Source of the DNA: Octopus bimaculoides
Lineage: Eukaryota
Length of the DNA: 47,891 bases
Reading direction: 5' to 3'
Assembly: GCF_001194135.2 (NCBI RefSeq)
Contig: NC_068982.1
Span: forward strand, 123,634,661 to 123,682,551
Positions 36,861-47,891 of the stretch are shown here, piece by piece. The notes under the pieces were generated by a model. The model did no database searches and was not told the DNA's origin. It worked only from the letters and a program-made list of their open reading frames with translations. Within the stretch, counting starts at the first letter, position 1. The number at the start of each line of letters is the position of its first letter. Position numbers and translations under genes: made by a program.

Positions 36861-37712
36861 TATTCTTTTATTCTTTTATTCNNNNNNNNNNNNNNNNNNN
36901 NNNNNNNNNNNNNNNNNNNNNNNNNNNNNNNNNNNNNNNNNNNNNNNNNNNNNNNNNNNNNNNNNNNNNNNNNNNNNNNNNNNNNNNNNNNNNNNNNNNN
37001 NNNNNNNNNNNNNNNNNNNNNNNNNNNNNNNNNNNNNNNNNNNNNNNNNNNNNNNNNNNNNNNNNNNNNNNNNNNNNNNNNNNNNNNNNNNNNNNNNNNN
37101 NNNNNNNNNNNNNNNNNNNNNNNNNNNNNNNNNNNNNNNNNNNNNNNNNNNNNNNNNNNNNNNNNNNNNNNNNNNNNNNNNNNNNNNNNNNNNNNNNNNN
37201 NNNNNNNNNNNNNNNNNNNNNNNNNNNNNNNNNNNNNNNNNNNNNNNNNNNNNNNNNNNNNNNNNNNNNNNNNNNNNNNNNNNNNNNNNNNNNNNNNNNN
37301 NNNNNNNNNNNNNNNNNNNNNNNNNNNNNNNNNNNNNNNNNNNNNNNNNNNNNNNNNNNNNNNNNNNNNNNNNNNNNNNNNNNNNNNNNNNNNNNNNNNN
37401 NNNNNNNNNNNNNNNNNNNNNNNNNNNNNNNNNNNNNNNNNNNNNNNNNNNNNNNNNNNNNNNNNNNNNNNNNNNNNNNNNNNNNNNNNNNNNNNNNNNN
37501 NNNNNNNNNNNNNNNNNNNNNNNNNNNNNNNNNNNNNNNNNNNNNNNNNNNNNNNNNNNNNNNNNNNNNNNNNNNNNNNNNNNNNNNNNNNNNNNNNNNN
37601 NNNNNNNNNNNNNNNNNNNNNNNNNNNNNNNNNNNNNNNNNNNNNNNNNNNNNNNNNNNNNNNNNNNNNNNNNNNNNNNNNNNNNNNNNNNNTATATATA
37701 AATATATATATG

Positions 37713-37760
<48 letters not shown>

Positions 37761-38902
37761 TGTGTGTGTACACATCATCATAATCATTTAATGTCTGCTG
37801 TCCATGAGATATGCAGACACACACATGCACACATATATGCAACAAGCTTCTATGCAGTTTCCATCTACAAAATTCACCTACAAGACATTGGTTGACCCAT
37901 GGCTACAGTAGAAGACACCTTCCCAAGGTGAATATCGGTTATGCTTATGTCTATAGGGAAGTAATTATAATGCATTTTGTCATGTTATATAAAAGAATCA
38001 AGCATGGATATTGAAAGTAAGGGATTTTATAAGTTTTAATATCAACTGAATTGTGTATGTGTTTGTGCATGCATGCATGCATGTGTGTATATATGCAACA
38101 GTGAATGTTAATATTATTTTATGGTTCATGACACCACTTCTAGAAAACATTGATGATGTCAATACTACTAATTAGGGATGATGATGGATTAATTTAAGGT
38201 TGTTTGTTTGATATTAAAGGTGACTAACTATAACTTAGTAATTTAGTTCTAGGAGGTTGCTTATTATAGAAATAATAAGCTGGTTCCCTGTATTAGCATA
38301 ATGTTTAATCCATGAACCACCTTTAATCAAAAAACATTGCAGCTGTGAGGGTAGTAATATAATTTTGATAGCTAGGATGATATTTGTGATATTAATCAAA
38401 GTACTGCCAAAGTAGTGCTAATGTTTTTTCAAAGAGAATATAAAACTGACTAATAAACCAAATTTACACAACTTGACTGCTTCTTTTCTCTGCCAGTAGA
38501 ATTTAGCCCTGCAGCTTCCCATCCCATAAAAAGCCCCAACTGTATTTCTTTTAACTAAAGAGAGCAAGGGAGAGAGAAATTTCTTCAACCAACAGTCACT
38601 ATATCTCCCCGTGCTGCTGCTAGCAGCCACCGGTTTTAACAACCCAGCCGAGGAAGATAGACATTAGCTTACAGTGAGAGATGAAGGAAAAAACATATAT
38701 AATTATATAGATATAAGCATAAAGATATATAATTAGAAATATATGTTATTATGTGAATAAGTGTTATTTTCTGATAATATCACTGAAATTAATTTTTAAC
38801 TTAATAGATACAAATTTCAGAATTTAAAAATATAAAGGAATCTTATGCTGAAAGATATATATTTATTTTAATTACATCTTAAGAAACTTTCAAACTTCAA
38901 AA

Positions 38903-39179
38903 ATGAAATTAAAAGAAAATGTGCTTATAATTTTAGTATTTTTAAACTCTTTCTTGTTAATGAGAGATGGAAGATGTAGTGGAGAAGAGAAAGTTGACCA
39001 CTTCGTTGGAGAAATACCCCTTGGAGCTGCCACCTTAGCTTTTGTTTTTGATAACACTGGTTCTATGATGGATGACCTGAGACAGGTAATTAAAGGGGCT
39101 GCAAAAATATTAGCCACAACTCTTGCACGAGGAGAGAAGCCTTTGTACAACTATGTCCTGGTACCTTTTGGAGATCCAG
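38903..39179 (+). CDS. HMCN1: First coding exon of a hemicentin-like gene (signal peptide + N-terminal part of VWA domain); 92 codons + 1 nt, phase-1 intron follows
   Basis: Translation [92 protein letters not shown] closely follows the hemicentin N-terminus as recalled ([34 protein letters not shown]...PLFNFALVPFHDP). It has a hydrophobic signal peptide, a MIDAS-like DxTxS motif and a strong donor CAG|GTAAGT at 39180-39185. HMCN1 vs HMCN2 orthology cannot be resolved from this fragment. Confidence 0.92.
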
Positions 39180-39358
39180 GTAAGTGACACTTTATACTCT
39201 GCCCTCTGGTCAACTTTTTTATTTCTTTTCTTTCAATCATACTTTATAAACATATATGCACACACGTGCTTGCAGTCAGACATACATGCACACATGCATA
39301 ACTTATACATATATTTGTGTGTTTGCGTGTGTGTGTGTGTATGTGTTAGTATGTATCA

Positions 39359-39621
39359 TCATCATCATCATCATCATCGTTTAACGTCCGCTTTCCATGC
39401 TAGCATGGGTTGGACGATTTGACTGAGGACTGGTGAAACCGGATGGCAACACCAGGCTCCAGTCTGATTTGGCAGAGTTTCTACAGCTGGATGCCCTTCC
39501 TAACGCCAACCACTCAGAGAGTGTAGTGGGTGCTTTTACGTGTCACCCGCACGAAAACGGCCACGCTCGAAATGGTGTCTTTTATGTGCCACCCGCACAA
39601 GCCAGTCCAGGGGCACTGGGC
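39359..39621 (-). mobile_element. Retroposon family C 3' end with (GAT)n tail, ~180 bp downstream of the hemicentin donor
   Basis: Identical core to 9260-9477; (CAT)n at 39356-39377. Confidence 0.88.
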
Positions 39622-39719
39622 ATGTAAACTGATAATTGTGTGCACATTTGAACATTTATCATCAAAGACAATATTTTATCAATGAACAAAGTTCTAAAAG
39701 TATATATATATATATATGC

Positions 39720-39750
<31 letters not shown>

Positions 39751-40469
39751 CATGCACATGCACACACACACATTTAATTACAGGGTATTATAAAGAAATA
39801 GAGTAAAACATAAAGTTATCTAAGTGGAGATTAAATCTTCAGCATATGAGTGACAATTATATATATTTACTATTTTGCTACCTTGTGGTCATCAGTTTTT
39901 CTTCTCTCATTTAGGACTATTTATATCTATGTACATAGAGATATTCTATTTGATCAATTTTCTACTTAGCTTTTTTTCTTCATCTGATTGTCTGACTCTC
40001 TGCTACTGTCTGTCTCTTTCTCTTTCTCTCTTTCTATGTATGTGTGTGTGAGTGTATATACATACATGAATACATATATATATATANNNNNNNNNNATAC
40101 ACACACACACACACACAGGTGCAGGCATGGCTTTGTGGTTAAAAAGGTTTCTTTGAATGTAAGTGACTTTGAGTTCAGGTTCACTGTACAGCACTTTGGG
40201 CAAATGACTTCTATTATAGCCCCAGGCTGACCAATGTCTTGTAAATAGATTTTGTAGGTGGAAACTGTGTGGAAGCTTGTCATAAAAGAGACAAATACAA
40301 TAAGTTAGAGACTTTAAAATAGGAATTGTTGCTGATTTGGCCAACAAAACCCTTCAAGGTGGTGTCCCAGGATGTCTGCAGTCTAGTGGCTGAAACAAGT
40401 AAAAGATAAGAGAAGATACACACACACATATATATATATCATATATATTATATGTAATATTATGTAGAT

Positions 40470-40518
<49 letters not shown>

Positions 40519-40525
40519 TTATCTA

Positions 40526-40567
<42 letters not shown>

Positions 40568-40712
40568 NNNNNNNNNNNNNNNNNNNNNNNNNNNNNNNNN
40601 NNNNNNNNNNNNNNNNNNNNNNNNNNNNNNNNNNNNNNNNNNNNNNNNNNNNNNNNNNNNNNNNNNNNNNNNNNNNNNNNNNNNNNNNNNNNNNNNNNNN
40701 NNNNNNNNNNNN

Positions 40713-40763
<51 letters not shown>

Positions 40764-40811
40764 GTATGTATATATTATGTTTTATTTATATATATATATT
40801 ACACACACACA

Positions 40812-41070
40812 CATCATCATCATCATCATCATTGTCGTATTGTCATTTAACGTCTGTTTTCCATGCTGGCATGGGTTGGATGGTTTGACTGAGGACTGGC
40901 AAGCCAGTAGGCGGCACCAGGTACCAATCTGATCTGGCAAGATTTCTATGGCTGGATGCCCTTCCTAACACCAACCACTCAGAGTGTAGTGGGTGCTTTT
41001 TATGTGTAACTGGCACAAGAGCCAGTCAGGCGGCTTTGGCACTGACCATGTTCGGATGGCACTGGCATCG
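40812..41070 (-). mobile_element. Retroposon family C copy (intronic)
   Basis: (CAT)n…TTTAACGTCTGTTTTCCATGCTGGCATGGGTTGGA…GGATGCCCTTCCTAAC. Confidence 0.8.
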
Positions 41071-41504
41071 ACATATCATATATATATATAATATATATAA
41101 TCAACATATAATATGTATATACATATACACCCAGACATATATGTAGATAGATAGCCTAAGAGATATGTAGAAGTGCATACCTAAGTTGATAGCATGTTGA
41201 GCTCACAGTTATAAGGTCATGTATTTCATCCCTGGACTGGGCAGTAGGTGTGTTCTTGAGCAAGGCACATCATTTCTCATTGCTGTGGTTCACTCAGCTG
41301 AAAATAAACACCAACTGACCGCTATGCAGGCCCTTCTCTTCCTGAATCGTTATATCTTTGACGTTCCGCTGAGCGAAGGGTGAGAGGGCCAAGAGGTTTT
41401 CTATATCTGCCAGTAGTGAAAGAAGGGTACAGGCATGCTTTCACATACTTGTATATGAGTGACAGCTAAGCTTACTTCACATGGAAATGTGTGTGTGTGT
41501 GTGT

Positions 41505-42125
41505 TTGGTTGTGCAATTAAGAAGTTTGCTTCCCAACCATGACGTTTCAAGTTCAGTCCCACTGTGAGGCACCTTGAGCAAGAGTCTTCTACTACAGTCC
41601 TGAGATCAAAGCCTTGCAAGTGGCTTCAGTAAAGGGAAACTGAAAGAAGTCTATTACATATATACACTTATATGCATGCACACGTGCGCACATGTGTGTG
41701 TGTTTGTGTGTGTGTGTGTGTGAACGCATGTGTGTGTTGTGTGTGCGTGTGTGTGTGCATGTATATTTATGTGTGTGTTATGTTGTGTGTGTGTATGTGT
41801 GTGTTGTGGTGTGTGTGTGTTGTGGTGTGTGTGTGCATGTGTGTGTGTTGTGTGTGTGTGTGTGTGTCTGTGCGCGTTAGTGTCTACTTGTGTTCAATCA
41901 TGTGGGTGTTGTAAGTGAGTGTCACCATCATACAAGCAGTGTAATTCATTTCTAATCTTCCATGAAAACAATGTTCAGTCATGAGGAAATATTACCTTTC
42001 TTGGAAACAAGTGAGGATAGGGAACAGGAAGAGCATGTGGCCACAGGAAATCTGCCTCAACAAATTCTATCTGACCAATGCAAGTATGGGAAAGTGGACA
42101 TTAAAAATTTGATGATGATGGAGAT
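41505..42125 (+). mobile_element. SINE family A head + (TG)n + module 2 (intronic)
   Basis: Head 41505-41650; module 2 at about 41890-42125. Confidence 0.72.
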
Positions 42126-43278
42126 GATGGTTAAACGCATGTATTTATATATTCATTTAATGTTCATATTTAAGATACTTTCATGTGTATATTTAAATGC
42201 ACATGAACACACACACATATACAGACTATGGTAGTGTGGTCAGGATGTTCATACTGCAACCATGTGATTTCAGGTTCAATCTCACAATCCCACTGCATGC
42301 TGCTTTGGGCAAGTGTCTTTCACTACAGCCTCAGATGATTAAAATGCTTTATGAGTAAAATTTATTTCATCATCATCATCATCATCGTCGTCATCGTTGT
42401 CATCGTCATCATCATAATTATCATCGTCATTCTCATCATCATCATTGTCGTCATCATCATTGTCGTCATCATCATCGTCGTCGTCATCATCAGCATTGTC
42501 ACCGTCATCATTATCATCATCATTATCATCACATTATCATCATGTTAATATTTGCTTTTCTATGCTTGCAAGGGTCAGACTGAATTTGCCAAGACCAAGT
42601 TTCTATGGCCTGATTTCTTTCCTGCCAATGACCCACACCTATTTCCAAGCAAGGTAATACTTCCCTAAAACCTGACATAGTTTCATGGAAGATTGAAAAT
42701 GAATGACATCGTTTGTATGATGGCGATGCTGGTTTACAAGTATTGTACTATTGCATAGTGTCAAGACAAGGAAACACATACACACACACACATCATTATC
42801 ACCATCGTTGTTTAACATCCTTGTTCAATGCTTGCATGGGTTGGATGGGTTGACAGGAGCTGTGCCATGCTTCTGAGTGTGTTTTGGCATGGTTTTTATG
42901 GTTGGATGCCCTTCCTAACACCAACCACTTCATAGAGTGGGCTGAGTGCTTTTTACGTGGCACTCACAGAGGCAAGGTCAATTTTAGCATGGTTTTTACA
43001 GCTGGACACATACACACACAGACGTACACATACATACATACGTACATACAATCGTACACACACATACACACAGACGTGCATGTGCATGCACACACACATG
43101 CACACACACATACATGTACACATGTACATACATGCACACACACATATATGACAAGCTTCTTCCAGCTTCTGTGAGCAGGCTTTGGTCTACCTGGGGCTAT
43201 AGTTGAAGACACTTGCTCAAGATGCCACACTCTGTGGAACCAAACCTCAAACCATGTAATTGAGAAGCAATGTTTTTG

Positions 43279-43495
43279 TGAAGAGGTACTGTAAAGATCC
43301 TGGCTTTACAGGTATTGTGAAAGGCCTGGCTGGAAGCCCACCATTCCAAGTTCTTTTACAGAACCTAGAAAAACTGAAGGACCACTGCAATAAGTGTGTG
43401 AATCTGAGAGGGGAATATGTTGGATAAAATCATAATTAACTGATCCTCCGGTATTTTCTTTTGCTCAAAGTCAAGAAATTTTCAGCACCCCCTTG
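43279..43495 (-). mobile_element. Mariner-derived MITE (217 bp), opposite orientation to 36644-36860
   Basis: Colinear with the reverse complement of 36644-36860; right TIR …TTTTCAGCACCCCCTTG followed by TA; left TIR degenerate. Confidence 0.78.
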
Positions 43496-43496
43496 T

Positions 43497-43761
43497 ATAT
43501 TGTTGAGTAATATACTCCTAGTTATGGTATACAACAGGTCAGAAAATGACCATTGATTTTGCATCTACTATTGCACTGACCAACATTCACAACTCATCAA
43601 ACATGCTGGCTGGAAGCACATAGAAATCTTTAAGGCTATGTGCTCCTGGCCAGCATGTCTAATGAGCTGTCTGTATTGCCAAGTACAATAGGAGTGTGAA
43701 ACCAACAGTAACTTTCTGACTGGTTACATGCCATAACCAGGAATATATTACTCAACAATAT
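43497..43761. repeat. 265-bp imperfect palindrome (foldback/MITE-like)
   Basis: Arms 43497-43623 and 43636-43761, 12-nt spacer, about 75% identity by manual alignment with one indel. Confidence 0.9.
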
Positions 43762-43829
43762 TAAAGCATAACTGCTCAAATTTTCTCTTAGAATGCTCTT
43801 TTTTCTAGTTTATGGATAACTGACCAATT

Positions 43830-44100
43830 ATTGGACTAGCTCCTGTGCAGGTGGCACGTAAAATACATCATTTTGAGCGTGACCGTTGCCAGTACCGCCT
43901 GACTGGCCTTCGTGCCAGTGGCACGTAAAAGTACCCACTACACTCTCGGAGTGGTTGGCGTTAGGAAGGGCATCCAGCTGTAGAAACTCTGCCAAATCAG
44001 ATTGGAGCCTAGTGTAGCCACCTGGTTCACCAGTCTTCAGTCAAATCGTCCAACCCATGCTAGCATGGAAAGCGGACGTTAAACAATGATGATGATGATG
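43830..44100 (+). mobile_element. Retroposon family C copy (intronic, inverted relative to 39359-39621)
   Basis: …CACTACACTCTCGGAGTGGTTGGCGTTAGGAAGGGCATCCAGCTGTAGAAAC…GCATGGAAAGCGGACGTTAAACAATGATGATG. Confidence 0.85.
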
Positions 44101-44572
44101 AAATATGTGGTTGTTCGGTAAGAAATTGTAGAGCCCTCAAACATCGTCTAACAACAAGAGAGTCCATTATATATNNNNNNNNNNNNNNNNNNNNNNNNNN
44201 NNNNNNNNNNNNNNNNNNNNNNNNNNNNNNNNNNNNNNNNNNNNNNNNNNNNNNNNNNNNNNNNNNNNNNNNNNNNNNNNNNNNNNNNNNNNNNNNNNNN
44301 NNNNNNNNNNNNNNNNNNNNNNNNNNNNNNNNNNNNNNNNNNNNNNNNNNNNNNNNNNNNNNNNNNNNNNNNNNNNNNNNNNNNNNNNNNNNNNNNNNNN
44401 NNNNNNNNNNNNNNNNNNNNNNNNNNNNNNNNNNNNNNNNNNNNNNNNNNNNNNNNNNNNNNNNNNNNNNNNNNNNNNNNNNNNNNNNNNNNNNNNNNNN
44501 NNNNNNNNNNNNNNNNNNNNNNNNNNNNNNNNNNNNNNNNNNNNNNNNNNNNNNNNNNNNNNNNNNNNNNNN

Positions 44573-44617
<45 letters not shown>

Positions 44618-44851
44618 ATATATGAAAATGATGTGTTATAATACTATTCACAGCTATACCAACAATCTAACATACCTCCATCATCAGCTGCCCCACAGAT
44701 ATCATTATGGTTTTGACACCTGGGCAGTACCATTCAATCTAGCAGTGTCAACAGTACTAAAATAAGTGTTGTTTGGGAACAAACAAACAAAAGAAACCAC
44801 AACTTTCAAATACAATTACCTTATGTACAACTGTATTGATAAATAAATCCA

Positions 44852-44893
<42 letters not shown>

Positions 44894-44897
44894 GTAT

Positions 44898-44931
<34 letters not shown>

Positions 44932-44932
44932 G

Positions 44933-44970
<38 letters not shown>

Positions 44971-45239
44971 TATGTATGTGTGTGACTATGTATTGAAACT
45001 GCTAAAGCACTGCTGACATTGTTTATGTTTGACATATTAAAAGAAAAAAAAAAAAAAAAANNNNNNNNNNAAAAAAAAAAAAAAAAAAAAAGTTGCTCAG
45101 CAAATTGCCAACTCTTACTTGAAAGCAAGTAAGGGTTGGTTATTCCAAGAAATTTCATTCAGAAAAGTAGTTGTGAAAACGTTGTTGACGATAATGATAC
45201 ACTCATAAGATATGAATCTCTTCAAATATATATATTATA

Positions 45240-45406
45240 GGCACAGGAGCGGCTGTGTGGTAAGTAGCTTGCTTATCAACCATATGGTTCCATTCCAGGT
45301 TCAGTCCCACTGTGTGGCATCTCGGGCAAGTGCCTTCTACTATAGCGTTGGGCCAACCAAAGCCCTGTGGGTGGATTTGGTAGATGGAAACTGAAAAAAG
45401 ACCATC

Positions 45407-45490
<84 letters not shown>

Positions 45491-45735
45491 GTGTGTATGT
45501 ATGTATGTATGTATGGATGGATGGATGTATTTGTGTGTCTGTGTCTGTCTCCCCACCATTGCTTGACAACTGAAGTTGGTGTGTTTACACACCCATAACC
45601 TAGCGGTTTGGCAAAAGTTACTGATAGAAGAAGTACTAGGCTTACAGTGAATCAGTCCTGGTGTCAATTTGTTCAACTAAAGGCAGTGCTCCAGGATGGC
45701 CGGAGTCAAATGACTGAAACAAGTAAAAGAAAAAG
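45240..45735 (+). mobile_element. SINE family A, full length, module 1 (intronic), long (TA)n core
   Basis: Colinear with 14619-15040. Confidence 0.85.
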
Positions 45736-45736
45736 A

Positions 45737-45972
45737 AAAGTGGTTGAGCACTCCACTGACATGCATACTTTTAACATAGTTGTGAAGGAGGTTCAGTGTG
45801 ACACAGAATATGACAAGGCTGGCCCTTTGAATTACAGGAAGTACTCACTCTTGCCAGTTGAGTGGAGTAGAGTACATGTAATAAAGCTCAAGGACAGAAT
45901 GTGCCACTGGGAATCGAACTCACAGCCTTGTGGCCATGAGCCAAGTACTCTTACCACAAAGCTACATGTTTT
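45737..45972 (-). mobile_element. SINE with a different tRNA-like head but the central domain of family D
   Basis: Minus strand …GAGTTCGATTCCC head then CCTGTAATTCAAAGGGCCAGCCTTGTCA…GTGGAGTGCTCAACCACTT, matching 28345-28445. Confidence 0.7.
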
Positions 45973-46069
45973 CTAACAAGGGACTGGGAGTTGTGTAAAT
46001 TTGCTGTATTTGAGAAGACATGTGAAAACAATTAAAATCACTGTTGTCTGTACATACAGACTTGTCCTT

Positions 46070-46295
46070 TACAAGTGCTGGTACCACATAAAATGCCTGC
46101 GTACCAGTGCTGCATATACACACCTGTGCTGGTGGCATGTAAAAAGCACCCAGCAAACTCTGTCAAGTGGTTGGCATTAAGAAGGGCATCCAGCCATAGA
46201 AACCTTGCCACAAACAAACAACTGGAGTCTGGACAGCTCCTCTCAAACCATCCAGCCCATAGTAGCATGGAGAATGGATGCTAAATGATGATGAT
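46070..46295 (+). mobile_element. Retroposon family C copy, degenerate (intronic)
   Basis: GGTGGCATGTAAAAAGCACC…GAAGGGCATCCAGCCATAGAAAC…GCTAAATGATGATG. Confidence 0.7.
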
Positions 46296-46338
<43 letters not shown>

Positions 46339-46351
46339 ATATATATAAATG

Positions 46352-46420
<69 letters not shown>

Positions 46421-46952
46421 ATATATATATATANNNNNNNNNNNNNNNNNNNNNNNNNNNNNNNNNNNNNNNNNNNNNNNNNNNNNNNNNNNNNNNNNNN
46501 NNNNNNNNNNNNNNNNNNNNNNNNNNNNNNNNNNNNNNNNNNNNNNNNNNNNNNNNNNNNNNNNNNNNNNNNNNNNNNNNNNNNNNNNNNNNNNNNNNNN
46601 NNNNNNNNNNNNNNNNNNNNNNNNNNNNNNNNNNNNNNNNNNNNNNNNNNNNNNNNNNNNNNNNNNNNNNNNNNNNNNNNNNNNNNNNTATATATATATA
46701 TATATTATATGTATGGATCAATTTGTTTGACTAAACCATTCTAGGTAGTGCCCCACCATGGCCACAGCTCAATGACTGAAACAAATATATATACATTTAT
46801 ATGAAAATATGACAAGTTAAAGTTAATCCTCATTTTAAAAGGTATTGTCTATCTTACTCAGTGTGTATGCGTGTACATACGACTATACAAATAGTATATA
46901 TATAAAACACACACATATATATATGAATGTGTGTGAGTGTGTGAGTGTGTGA

Positions 46953-46983
<31 letters not shown>

Positions 46984-47579
46984 TGTGTGTGTGATCCTAT
47001 CCATATATATATTTATATCATTATACATAAATATTTTTAGTTGGCTCTCTATTTGCTTATATGGAAACATACATACATGAGCTCACACATACACATACAT
47101 ATTTGTATACATAGCAACGTATAACATGCACATACATATGGGTATATATAGCAACATATGACATACTAGTAAATATTATCCTCTCTCTCATTTTGCACTC
47201 CCATTTTGGTTGGTCAAATAATATATTGTTAGCATTATCAAAATAGAAAAGAAATTGCAGTACCGAAGTTGCACAAAAAAAAAAATATATATATATATAT
47301 AAATATATACAAAATAAAATAAATAGATGAAAATAGCTATAAATAAAAGGAAATAATATAAATAAAACATGAAAAAAAGAACAACATATGAAAGAGTGCT
47401 ACAGACAAGCAAGTATTTTTCTAGACAGAAAAACAACATAAGCTATTGCACATGTGCACATTTGGGAACCATGTGCACATTTGCAGGTATGTATTTAGGT
47501 ACATTTGCAAGCCTTAAGTACATACCCATTATGTATGCAGTTTTTTCTCATAATTACCATAGCAAAGTAAGCACTTCTA

Positions 47580-47614
<35 letters not shown>

Positions 47615-47645
47615 GTGTGTATGTGTATGTGTGTGCATGTGTGTA

Positions 47646-47678
<33 letters not shown>

Positions 47679-47891
47679 GGGAGATTATACAAAAAATAAC
47701 AACAGACGAGGACAGGTGGTGTAAATAACAAAAGTATATATTAGTATGACGCTCGGGAATACGGAAAGTCTTTGACGTTTCGAGCTACGCTCTTCAACAG
47801 AAAGAATACGGAGACAAGGAGAAAAACACGGAGAAAAAAAATTGAATAGTGTTCAGTCAACGGTCAATCATAATAATGGCCGATCATAACA
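47679..47891 (-). mobile_element. Penelope-like terminal-repeat fragment (hammerhead-bearing family 2), better preserved copy, runs off window
   Basis: Similarity to 23222-23390; CpG-containing and less decayed; contains the hammerhead-like motif at 47769-47805. Confidence 0.5.
47769..47805 (-). ncRNA. Minimal type-I hammerhead-like motif (CUGUUGA core variant) in a Penelope-like repeat
   Basis: Minus strand: TCTTT CTGTTGA A GAGC GTA GCTC GAAA CG TC AAAGA = stem I 5 bp, core with A6>U and one extra A, stem II 4 bp, GAAA, palindromic ACGU, GUC triplet. Confidence 0.55.

Larger units (their letters stand above)
39180..47891 (+). other. Probable intron 1 of the hemicentin-like gene (continues past window end or exon 2 lies in a gap)
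   Basis: GTAAGT donor; no downstream AG-flanked segment encoding the expected IGPVTITTDP-like continuation was found; region is filled with SINEs, microsatellites and four N-gaps. Confidence 0.65.

Noticed and set aside
43589-43670. Canonical pre-miRNA call for the inner hairpin
   Set aside because: It is the centre of a much longer 265-bp palindrome, and I found no basal UG or correctly placed CNNC motif on either strand; kept only as part of the foldback finding.
44686-44760. Candidate hemicentin exon 2 after CCCACAG (also TTTAG at about 39925)
   Set aside because: Phase-1 translation gives DIIMVLTPGQYHSI* (in-frame stop) or unrelated sequence; no match to the expected VWA continuation.

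Overview
AT-rich, repeat-saturated eukaryotic scaffold with 12 N-gaps, mostly bordered by microsatellites. The tRNA-derived SINE families, microsatellite density and gene content suggest an octopod cephalopod (Octopus-like); this is an inference from repeat families, not a database match. Only one host coding exon is supportable: the first coding exon of a hemicentin-like gene (38903-39179, +; signal peptide plus start of the VWA domain, GT donor at 39180). Exon 2 was not found, so 39180-47891 is probably intron 1. The rest is a mosaic of at least five tRNA-SINE/retroposon families, piggyBac-type and mariner-type MITEs, two decayed DD37D (maT-like) Tc1/mariner transposases, a hAT transposase remnant, three long palindromes and many simple repeats. 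Nearly all ORFs in the supplied track are microsatellite or SINE artefacts. The most notable unexplained signal is a set of minimal type-I hammerhead-ribozyme folds on the minus strand in three unrelated short repeat contexts (10907-10949, 47769-47805, 23314-23349, plus a broken one at 12836-12873 downstream of a tRNA-like Pol III head). One carries a compensatory U3-A8 core pair. These resemble Penelope-like-element or non-LTR retrozyme motifs. All alignments, folds and counts were done by eye.
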